Shown here one piece after another: positions 53,576-64,000 of a stretch of 64,000 bases of DNA; within the stretch, counting starts at the first letter, position 1, and the number at the start of each line of letters is the position of its first letter. Source of the stretch: Chiloscyllium plagiosum (lineage: Eukaryota). A program made the position numbers and the translations under genes. Below the pieces are notes generated by a model, which was not told the origin of the DNA, did no database searches, and worked only from the letters and a program-made list of their open reading frames with translations. Location: NCBI RefSeq assembly GCF_004010195.1, contig NC_057718.1, positions 99,059,780 to 99,123,779 of the forward strand, written 5' to 3'.

Positions 53576-56500
53576 CTGCAAGAGGAAACGAAAAGACAGG
53601 CGTTACAATTAAGCAGCGTGACAGCAAGACTCTTTCAAAAGACATTCATTCAGAAAAAAAAATCCCAGCCCCCCTGATATTTACACACTTCACCGAGCCA
53701 AAGTGATTAAATATCTTTGCACAATGTTTGAGAGGTAGGCCAGATTTCTTTTTATGATATTAATTAAAATCTCACTGACCTTTGGGTGAACAGGTCCTGA
53801 CAATATAATCAGGAGCGTAATGCAGAGATATCATTACAGCCCATCCTCCAGCCTCTCACCCTGAAAATTAACTTGATCTTCCATTTCCAGCCCTCTTCCT
53901 TCCCCAATTTTTTTTTGTACATTGAGCAAGATTGAAAAAAAAACTTAAGCTGTCAATTTCCGTAACACAATAGAGGTTGAGCACCTTTCTACACCACCCC
54001 CACCATCCCATTGCAGTTGTAAGTGAAGAACATTGAGGTGGACAAGGTAAATGAGCAACAGAGTCCCATGGGTCTTCTGCATTTCAGCACCCCTTTCAAA
54101 ATGCTTTGTCTGTCTTAGGCCATCACTGCTCCCACAAGTATCAAGTGTCGAAGGGCAGATCCGATGAACCACAGCAGAAGAAAAGGAACATTTTCCTGTC
54201 TGTACAACAAAAGCTGATGCGAGAAACCATCCTGGAACAAAACACACCTACTCTCCCCTTCCTATAGGCACCATAGCACTGGGACTGTGCAACACTACAG
54301 AGCATTGAAGAGTAATACTAGACAACGTGCAATCCTGCCAACAAACTACTAAAAGACTCCATCAAAGTGCACTAAACGTGGCCCATTTTGCAATAGTGAC
54401 CAGTTGTACAGAGCCCAATTCTACACAACATATTTGAAACGAAAATCATTTTGGATTGTGCCAGACTCTGGTTTCGCAAGGATTAGCACTTTGTTTGAAA
54501 AGTATATTTCCCCCCCCCCCATTTAGAGAAGTGCTTTAACGTCTTAACCAATAATGTTGACGGTCACAATGCTGACACCAGCAGTCCAAAACAACAATGC
54601 CTCAAACTCTATTGTGAGCTGCAATCAGGAATTCTGCAAATAAAAGAGAAAAGGTGTGATAGACAATATTTTTGGACTGAGACTTAATTATGTGTCAGAG
54701 TCAAAGCCAAGTGAAACTGAAGTTTCACTCCGATAACTGTGGGAAAAAAAGCCTCTAACACAACCAAAACCAGACAAGTCCAGGCAAGTACTAAACCTAA
54801 CCTACAGACTCAACTTAGACTCTCCAACCCATAGCCTCGAAAAGCATTCGCCAGAATCACAGCATTGACTAATGCCACCAAAACGCCAATTCAACATGGG
54901 AAACAATGCATAATCATAAGTTAGCTTTGAAAGTGCGATGACACAAAAAAAAAGGGGGCTTGGATCAATTAAACCCTAAAAGCAAACAGCTCAAATATCA
55001 AACGTATGCATGGCTTGTTACTCAAGCTTTGCATTATGAAATGACGGGCACAGATGATAGAAATTGGTCAAGACAATGGGGGAAGAAAAAAAAAGTCATC
55101 ACAGGTATCACCTGCAGGGCTCCACAGACATGCTACGTTTACATAGCGCCTTTGACAACGAGGTCCTAAATGCTCCATGGGAGTGCAGTAATAAAACTTA
55201 AGTGCTGGTATTGCTCTTCAGCGCTCGGTAGTGTCGCACAGTCCCGGACGAGGGGATCTTTGGACAGGTGACAATTGGCCGAAGAGCTAGCGTGAAAACA
55301 GCAGCTGACAAAAGGAGGGGGGGAAAGAAGAGGCAGTGATGCTTCTGAAGGTAGCACCCAGACAGCCTGAAGTGAGTAACACCAGACCAATGGAAAACAG
55401 AAGCAGTTTGAAGAGTGCAGAGATTGGAGGATTGTAAGGGCCGGAAGAAATTAGAGACCGGAAGACTGAGAATCCGGAAACAAAAAACCAAGGATGGGAG
55501 TTTTAAAATTGAACCACGGGTAGTACGGTAGCACAAGACTTGCAGTAACCTAGTGAGCAGGCAACAGCTTTTAAGAGACTTCAAGTATGCAGAGGATGGG
55601 GGAAGTCATGTACCAAGAACATTGCAACAGTAAGGTCTAGAACCAACACATGGAAGTGTGTTTCAGTAGGCAACCTGAATAAAGTGGGGTCAAGCTGATG
55701 AACACTAACAAAACCTTCCTGTTTCTGTAAGGTGTCGGCAAGTTCACATGTAATTGTTTCTGAAGCAAGAAAGAAGGGGGAAATCAGTGGCTGGGACCAA
55801 AGACAAATATTTATTAATTAAGCCACATTCCATTTCAATGCAAAATGCATTTTGCAGGATAGGTTGCTGCCAAATCGGAAAAAAGGACCAGCTGAACTTG
55901 GTCCACGGTCAGCAGAGTGGAACGGGTGGGTTTTAACTAAAGTAAGCAAAACAATTCAGAAACGGTAAGTCCAGACTGTACACTCGAGTGAGTGGTGGAA
56001 TAGAAATGGGAAGGCCCCAACACACTATCTTAGCGATCCCTGGTGGAATGGGCGTGGGCACAAAGACATCAGCTGAAACCTCAACCAGGCTCCATTACAA
56101 AACTTCTCCACTGTCAAAGGCAACAACTTGACACAGGTCAGCACTCATTGCCTTACATCTGAAGAACCTGAACCACTTGACAAAAGCCAACAGGTCCACA
56201 CCAGCCCCACAAGACGAGATAGAGGAATGTCCACGTTATACAAATGCCATCCCATCCACTGAAATAGCGCAAGAGCTTGGCTTAGCATTTCAAAACACAA
56301 GGAGCGACAAGTCTTTGATTAAACTACATTTGGGTTGGTCTTTCCTCTTAATGCCTTAGGTAGAAGATTACAATCAATTGTAGCAAAGATGCAACCCGTA
56401 CACAACAAAAGGCACTGCAGAAATTCTCCAAGGCTCTATGGACAGCATCTTTCAAACCCACAACCTTTGCCATTGAGAGAGGACGACAAGGGGAGCAGAT

Positions 56501-57486
56501 ATATGGCAACATCACCACCTGCAATACACCCCCCACCCAATCCCCACGCCATCCTGACTTGGAAATTATCGCCGTTCTGCCAGTGTCGCTGGGTCAAAAT
56601 CCTGGAATTCCCTCCCTCGCACTGGGTCTACATACAACTTCGTTCATTGCAACACTGTCACCTTCTCAAAAGGCATTATGGAATAGGTAGTAAGTGTGGG
56701 CCCAGCTAATGGCGCCCAGATTCTCCGAATGAATTTCAAAATTCCACACTGTAAAACAACTTGGTCATACATCAATCATCAAATATTGACATGTGTTACA
56801 TTAAAATGTTCCCCTGATGATTCACTGACAGGTCAGTGTCAGATAGATGTCGCTACACCATTCATTTTTCCCCATGTCGAGTTCTGACCTACACACACTG
56901 AACTAATGGACAGCTCAAGACATCGCAGTTATGTCCTGCATAAAGATATCATTCTGCCGTTAAAATAGTTTGTCACACAATTAAACGCACGTGAACCAAT
57001 AGCGACCCTCCTAGGAGGCTGCACTGGAAAACCTTTGCTCATATCAGATACCATCACTATAAAAAATTCACATACTTTGCATTTAATTTCCAAGTTATTA
57101 TAATCAATTGGTGTTCACACTGCCTTGTGTGTTACTAATTGCTAAATATTAGATCTAATTTACCAAAAACAAAAGCTCATCTACAGCACTTGGCTAGAAC
57201 GGTGTCTCACAGCTGATTCCCGACGCCAGAACAGAAAAGGTTTTAGGAATTTATTGTAAGGTTTTGATAATGTGGGGCCCCACCCCTTCCCCAAAAACAC
57301 AAGTTAACAAGATTTGAAATGTATACACAATGCAGTGGAACAGTTATCAAAGGAATATTGTTCACTGGAGTTGGAAAAGTGTACTTTCAAGTAGATTATA
57401 ATCTATAATAGGGGGTGAACAAGCTTTTTTTAAGGCAATGGAATACATTGCCTATAACGAGTTAGCAGGAACAGGTCATTCAGCCC

Positions 57487-57608
57487 TGAAGAGCTCATGC
57501 TCAAAACATCATCCCTCCTGCTCCTCGGATGCTGCCTGACTTGCTGTGCTTTTCCAGCACCACACTTTTCAATTCTGATCTCCAGCATCTGCAGTCCTCA
57601 CTTTCTCC
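57487..57608 (+). mobile_element. Penelope-derived insert with 10-bp TSD CATTCAGCCC
   Basis: Direct repeats at 57477-57486 and 57609-57618. Confidence 0.85.
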
Positions 57609-57950
57609 CATTCAGCCCATCAAGTCTGCTCTATAATTGAGATCATGAGATTCTGATCATCTTCAACTCCACCTTCCTCCCACAACTCTCAGTTATTTAA
57701 AAACTTCTCTCTCAATCTCGAAGATACTCAGTGACCCAGTCTTGACAGCCCTGTGGGAAAGAATTCCATAAATTCACTATCCTCAAAATTCCTCATGTCT
57801 TGAGATGATGTCCTCTGATCCTAGATTGACCCAGAGGAATACACTCTACCCTGTTAAGTCCCCTAATAGTCTTGTACATTTTAATAAGGTCAACACTCAT
57901 TCTCTCTACTGATCAACTCAATCTCCTCCCACTAGTCAGTCCTGGTATCA

Positions 57951-58130
57951 AGATTAGAGTGGTACTGGGAAAGCATAGGTCAGGCAGCATCCGAGGAGCA
58001 GGAAAATTGACATTTCGGGCAAGAGCCCTTCATCATGAAACCCATGGTGATGAGCCCTTCAGCAGGAATCACTGCTGTGCTTTTCCAGCACCACTAATCT
58101 CCAGCATCTGTGGTACCCACTACCGCCTAT
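57951..58130. mobile_element. Fold-back Penelope-derived insert with 11-bp TSD TCCTGGTATCA
   Basis: Direct repeats at 57940-57950 and 58131-58141. Confidence 0.85.
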
Positions 58131-58258
58131 TCCTGGTATCAGCCTAATTACATTTCTCTGGACTGCTTCCAATAGCAAGATAAATTTCCTTAGAAAAGGG
58201 GCCCAAAATTGTGGTCCAATACCTTATATAGTTTTAGGAAGATTCCCCTATTTTTATA

Positions 58259-60159
58259 GGAGAATGTGAGGACTGCAGATGCTGGAGATCAGAGCTGAAA
58301 GATGTGTTGCTGGAAAAGTGCAGCAGGTCAGGCAGCATCCAAGGAGCAGGAGAATCGACGTTTCGGGCATAAGCCCTTCTTCGGGAATGAGAAAGGTGTG
58401 CCAAGCAAGCTAAGGTAAAGGTAGGGAGGAGGGACTTGGGGGAGGGGCACTGCGAATGTGATAGGTGGAAGGAGGTTAAGGTGAGGGTGATAGGCCGGAG
58501 AGGTGGGGAAGATGATTGCAGGTCAAGAAGGTGGTGCTGAGTCCGAGGGTTGGGACTGAGATAAGGTGGGGAAATGAGGAAGCTGGAGAAATCTGCATTC
58601 ATCCCTTCTGGTTGGAGGGTTCCTAGGCGGAAGATGAGGCGCTCTTCCTCCAGGCGCCGTGTTGCCATGGTCTGGCTTTGGAGGCAGCCAAGGACCTGCA
58701 TGTCCTTGGCGGAGTGGGAGGGGGAGTTAAAGTGTTCAGCCACAGGGCGGTTGGGTTGGTTGGTATGGGTGTCCGCAAGTAGGCGGCCTGTCTCCCCAGT
58801 GTAGAGGAGGCCACATCAGGTGCAGCAAATGATGTGTGTGGAGGTGCAGGTGAATTTGTGACGGATATGGAAGGATCTCTTGGGGCCTTGGAAGGAAGTG
58901 AGGGGGGAGATGTGGGCGCAAGTTTTGCATTTCTTGCGGTTGCAGTGGAGGTTGTGTTGGTGAGGGGCGTGGACCTGACGAGGGAGTCGCGGAGGGAGTG
59001 GTCTTTCCGGAATGTTGATAGGGATGGGGAGGGAAATATACCCTTGGTGCTTGGGTCTGTTTGGAGGTGGTGGAAATGATGAAGGATGATACGATGTATC
59101 TGGAGGTTGGTGGGGTGGGAGGTGAGGACCAGTTGGTTTCTGTCCTGGTGGCGATTGGAGGGGCAGGGTTCAAGGGCAGAGGAGCAGGTGGAGGAGATGC
59201 GGTGGAGAGCATCAACCAGGTCTGAGGGGAAATTGTGGTCTTTGAAGGAGGCCATCTGGGTTGTTCAGTATTGGAATTGGTCCTCCTGGGAGCAGATGTG
59301 GTGGAGGTAAAGGAATTGGGAATATGGGATGGCGTTTTTACAGGGGGCAGAGTGGGAGGTGGTGTAATCTAGGTAGCTGTGGGAGTCGGTCGGTTTATAG
59401 TAAATGTCCGTGTTGAGTCGGTCGCCAGAGATAGAAATGGAGGGGTCTAGGAAGGGGAGGGAGGAATCTGAGACGGTCCAGATAAATTTGAGGTCGGGGT
59501 GGAAGGTGTTAGTAAAAATGGATGAACTGTTCAACCTCCTCGTGGGAGCACGAGGCAGCACCAATACAGTCATCGATGTAGCTACACTGGCACCACCCCC
59601 CACCTCTTCTTCCGTCTCAGACCCCTCCCTCCCCTTCCTAGACCGACTCAACACTCCCACAGCTACCTAGATTACACCTCTTCCTCCGCGACTCCCTAGT
59701 CAGGTCCACACCCCCCACCAACCCAACCTCCACTCCCGACACCTTCCCCTGCAACCGCAANNNNNNNNNNNNNNNNNNNNNNNNNNNNNNNNNNNNNNNN
59801 NNNNNNNNNNNNNNNNNNNNNNNNNNNNNNNNNNNNNNNNNNNNNNNNNNNNNNNNNNNNNNNNNNNNNNNNNNNNNNNNNNNNNNNNNNNNNNNNNNNN
59901 NNNNNNNNNNNNNNNNNNNNNNNNNNNNNNNNNNNNNNNNNNNNGCACCGCCTTTTTGACCTGCAATCTTCTTCCCGACCTCTCCGGCTTATCACCCTCA
60001 CCTTAACCTCCTTCCACCTATCGCATTCCCAATACCCGTCCCCTAAGTCCCTCCTCCCTACCTTTTATCTTAGCCTGCTTGGCACACCTTCCTCATTCCT
60101 GAAAAAGGGCTATGCCAGAAACGTTGATTCTCCTGCTCCTTGGATGCTGCCTGACCTGC
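58259..60159 (-). mobile_element. Penelope-like retroelement (RT thumb + GIY-YIG remnants) with inverted second arm and 15-bp TSD
   Basis: LPFLD..TDIYYKPTDSHSYLDY..CKNAIPYSQF and AEHFNSPSHS..RRLEEERLIFRLGTLQPEGMN; TCCCCTATTTTTATA at 58244-58258 and 60160-60174. Confidence 0.92.
59761..59944. other. Assembly gap inside the Penelope inverted arm
   Basis: Run of N. Confidence 1.
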
Positions 60160-60765
60160 TCCCCTATTTTTATACTCCATTCTTACGGAAATAAAAGCAA
60201 CATTTCACTTGCCATCCTTATTCCCTGAACTTATGTTTGAGATGTACAAGGACTCCCAAATCCCTCTATTTTGTCAGTCACTATAACACATAGCTCCTCT
60301 ATTCTTCCTGCCAAAGTGCAGGTCTCAGTTTCTCACGTAATACTCCCATCTGCCAAATTATTGCTCATCACTTAACATGTCTATATCTTGCTGCAGAATT
60401 TGTCAGCCTCACCACTTGCCTTCCCATGTATTTGTGTCATGTGCAAACTTGGCTATAGTATGAGCAGTTTCCTCATCCAAGTTATGAATATATGTATTAA
60501 ATAACTATGACCCCACTGATCTCTATAGCATTTCATTAGTTACTAACAATCACTCTTTGCCAGCGAGCTATTTAAGGGGTAGACGTTGACTTAGTATCAT
60601 TTAAAACGGTGAGAATGAAAAATCTCAAATTCCATCTCACCAGTTCTTGTGGAAATATGCTCAATGGGGATGGGAAAAGAGAGCCTTGTAGGAGTGATAA
60701 AGCAGTTGCACCTTTCAATAGCACAAAGAAAGACCCAACAGATACACAGCTTAATATTTCACATA

Positions 60766-60969
60766 GGAGAAAGCAAGGACTGCAGTTGCTGGAGATCAGA
60801 GTCGAGACTGTGATGGAAAAACAGAGGTCAGGCAGCATCCGAGCAGAAGAGTTGATGTTTCAAGCATATGCCCATCAGATGAAGGACTTTTGCCTGAAAC
60901 GTTGATTCTCCTGCTCCTCAGATGCTGCCTGACCTGCTGTGCTTTTCCAGCACCACACTATCAACACTC
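60766..60969. mobile_element. Fold-back Penelope-derived mini-element with degenerate TSD
   Basis: Inverted arms; AATATTTCACATA vs AATATTGCACGTA (11/13) flanks. Confidence 0.8.
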
Positions 60970-61929
60970 AATATTGCACGTATAGGCCCCATCAAACTTA
61001 CAGTTCATTTTGCCTCCTTGCAGTTATTTATCTTCCCTTCCTGGTCCATACAATGGACTCAGTGGCATTTCCTTGTCTTGCTGATCTACTTTGAGTATTT
61101 GTTTCCTTAAAATAAGAACAATCCTAACTTTCACCAGACACAAACCTAAAAACACTTTGCCTCACGTGACCTTCAACACAAGATTTCAGAACCGAGCTCT
61201 ACAAGTTCAAAGTGAAGTGATGAGCCAAGTCTAGACTCTGAATACTTTGAGTTAATGATTCTACCTCCACGTGGAAGGGTGGGGGAGGTGTGGAGGAGGA
61301 AATTATCTGGTACAGAAGGAAGATAGTAAAGTAGTTCAATGTCACCAGTCGGCCAATCTAATGAGCTACAGGAAGCATCAAGATCTAACTCAGGGGGTTA
61401 AGTCAAGGTCAGCCTCTTGGTCAATGTATTATGGAATACTGCACCTACAAAGACCAGTACAGTACAGAAGGCCATTCAGCCATTACTCTCAGGCAGACTC
61501 TTTCAGGGATTAACCCAATTTGCTACATCCTCCATATCCTAATAACTTCAATGGGGAACTGGATAAACATTTGAAAACTACAAATTAATCTACAAGCTTC
61601 ATCTTAATCGCAACTATTTCTTAATTAAAACAACCCTGTCACAGGCTTTCTTCGGTCAATCTATACTTTCCTCTTATTATTAGACACTTACAACATCAAA
61701 GTTTCTTTCCTACACCTCAACCTTTTATATTTTTAAGGACTTTGCTCAGATTAATTTGCAGTTTCATAGCTGGAAAATTTGGCAATCACATTTAGCAAAC
61801 TACAGTGCATGCATCACTCCCTTCATTAAATTTTAAGACAAATCGAGCATTCAAGAAACCGTTAAACTGCCAGTCTTACCAGATCAAGGACTACTCCCTG
61901 CCAGACAAAGGAACAGAGGGGTGAGCAAG

Positions 61930-62095
61930 AGACAGTGAAAGAGATACATAACTCGTGGTGGTTTAACCTGAGGGTCACCACACCTCAGGCAAGGGGAGAT
62001 GTTGAGAAGGAGATTCCTTCATGGTAACCTCAGCCAGCTCAGGAATTGAACCCACACCGTTGATGTCACCATCACAAACCAGCCGCTCAGTCAAC
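61930..62095 (-). mobile_element. tRNA-derived SINE family 3
   Basis: gtttaacctgagggtcacc...ggaattgaacccac. Confidence 0.7.
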
Positions 62096-62169
62096 TGCCA
62101 GGCAGTTAGGCGCAAAAAAGGTTTATTGGCGAAGTTAAGTAGGTCTGAATGTACTGGCCATCTCGAGTC

Positions 62170-62520
62170 AGCAGTCGCTTAGCTGGCAGCGGTCTTGGGG
62201 TGGAAGTCAGGAGATTGCAGGTTCAAGTCCCAGAACCATCTCAGCTAACATCCCTGGGCAACAGAAAGGAGGAATGACAAAGTCTTTTCAATAGAGGCCC
62301 CCTTTGCCACCTCCGGTGGACCCAAAAGATTTCACAGCATTTCCCCCCCCACCAAGAGGAGGTATCTGCACCTCCACATGCACCCTGGCCAATATTTCTC
62401 AAAAATTAGATTACTTGCTCATTGTCACATTGCTGCCTGTGGGAGCTTGCCGTGCACAAATTAGCATTGCGTTTCCCACATCTACAGTTCCAATGGTCAG
62501 TTCACTCATTTTGGCTACAA
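62170..62520 (+). mobile_element. Deu-domain SINE-like, diverged
   Basis: B-box GGTTCAAGTCCC; gaggcccc...ggtggac..aaaagat...cctggccaatattt...cacattgctg..tgtgggagcttgc. Confidence 0.55.
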
Positions 62521-64000
62521 CAGCGAGCCCAGTGTTGGCTCCGTTCCCACACCAGCTGAGGTGATCGTGAAGGACTCTCCTCCTCAACCTCTCCCTCGTT
62601 GGGGGGGGGGGGGTGAGCCTCTGGTTAAACCAATCATCGCTGTCTCTAATAACAGAGCAGTCCTAAGGTTCGGTATGGCTGTGGCAACTTCGAAACCACT
62701 CAATTGGCTGCAAGATAAAAATTCGCCAGAGTCCCACCGAGGGAGAGGGGACTGGTGGGGAGCGTAATGAGAGGGTCACAAGGAGTGAGGTCAAGTAGGG
62801 ATAATGTCCACGGTAACCCATGCTGTTATCATTACATTGCATCACAAACCAGTCATCCAGCCAACTGAGCCAACTCACCGCCATGATTATAAAGCACTTG
62901 GTGACCCCCAAAGGTAACGAAAAGCTTAAAAACACAGGAGGCTTACGCGAAGGCCTAGGTAGCTCCCAGCTGTTTTGTACCCTTCAGAGCAATACCATAC
63001 AATCTGAGACAGGATCAGCTAAACAAAGCATTAGGGAGTTTGATTTACACAGTGGGATCCTTTTATTTCATCCCATCAAACAAAGCATGTGAGGGAAAGC
63101 TTTACCATAAAGGCACACGCTGTTAGACACCCAGCTAGAGCTCAACTGTGATCCAATATCCCTCAAGGCCCCAACAGCACCACTCCAATGGCAGGTCCGA
63201 TAGCTCGCAGCCATCCACCCCCAAGACAAAAAAGGGAACACTTGTGATTTCACTGACAGCAAGTCAAATAAACCACATCTAGATCCAGAAAAAAAAAGGA
63301 GGGGGCTGGGGGGGAAATAAAAACCACACAGTTCATTGCCACATTAAGTTGAGATGTAAAACCCAAATTAATGACAGAAGCAGCTGCAAGTCTCTCTCTC
63401 TCGTCAGAGTATAGGAGCAACTGAAGACCAGCCCCCCGAATCACAGCAGCTGTCTCTCTCTTCCTTCCCCCCCCACCACAGAAAGGTTGAAACACCGCTA
63501 TCCAAACATCCCACAAACCGGGTCAGTGCCTGACCTGGCGAGGCCTGCTGGAATAATTAGCAGCCCATGAATATATAATGTGCTGACGTTGCCATTGTGG
63601 AGTTCTGGTGTGGAGCTTAGCAATGCTGAGTCTACTGGTGCTTCCTGTTGCTTGTCATGTATTAGCATTATTTCTGGAAGGTTCCATTATATTCTGTAAT
63701 CCTCACTGCAGTCAGTTTGCTTTTCCTATTGTTCTTGGTTAATATTAGCAATCCCCACCTCTGTCTGGGTGGCCAGAACACCACTTCCTAGACTCCAAAT
63801 ACTGATAAAAAACACGCTGTGTTGGACTTGATTCCAAAAAAAAAGTTGGGGAGGAGGACAGAACGTGAGCACAATGCAAAATGTTATTCCGCTGGAAAAG
63901 GCAAAGTTTTCCAAGTTTGATGAGAATGAAGCCCCCCCCTTCCCCCTTTTTTTTGGATTTGCTTTTATTTGAGAGAAACAGCGCATTGATAAATCTGTCA

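Larger units (their letters stand above)
57460..60540 (-). mobile_element. Old CR1 LINE split by three Penelope-derived insertions
   Basis: CR1 sequence resumes across each TSD; reverse-homologous to 51055-51120 and 21245-21480. Confidence 0.75.

Noticed and set aside
53576..64000. JAG1 exons 1-2 and promoter
   Set aside because: No signal-peptide or N-terminal C2 coding sequence and no CpG island; intron 2 continues past the window edge.

Overview
Eukaryotic (vertebrate) genomic DNA, most likely an elasmobranch (shark/ray), judged from abundant HE1-type V-SINEs and their CR1/HER1-type LINE partners. The window holds most of jagged 1 (JAG1, Notch ligand) on the minus strand. Exons 3-25 and the end of exon 26 are visible, with canonical GT-AG sites. 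Exon sizes match the mammalian gene except for one-codon differences in exons 3 and 23. Exons 1-2 lie beyond the right edge, and the transmembrane part of exon 26 falls in a 500-N gap. The ~1.5 kb 3'UTR carries a cluster of miRNA seed sites and a polyA signal near 10755. Introns and flanks contain CR1 LINE fragments, several SINE families, a Tigger-like MITE and many Penelope-like element (PLE) derivatives. The most unusual signal is a set of short PLE-derived insertions, often fold-back, with 10-15 bp target-site duplications and minimal hammerhead-ribozyme motifs; at least one with an intact catalytic core lies in the sense strand of the JAG1 pre-mRNA. Comparisons with human JAG1 and repeat-family names come from recall, not database searches. 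Repeat boundaries are approximate; exon boundaries were counted base by base.
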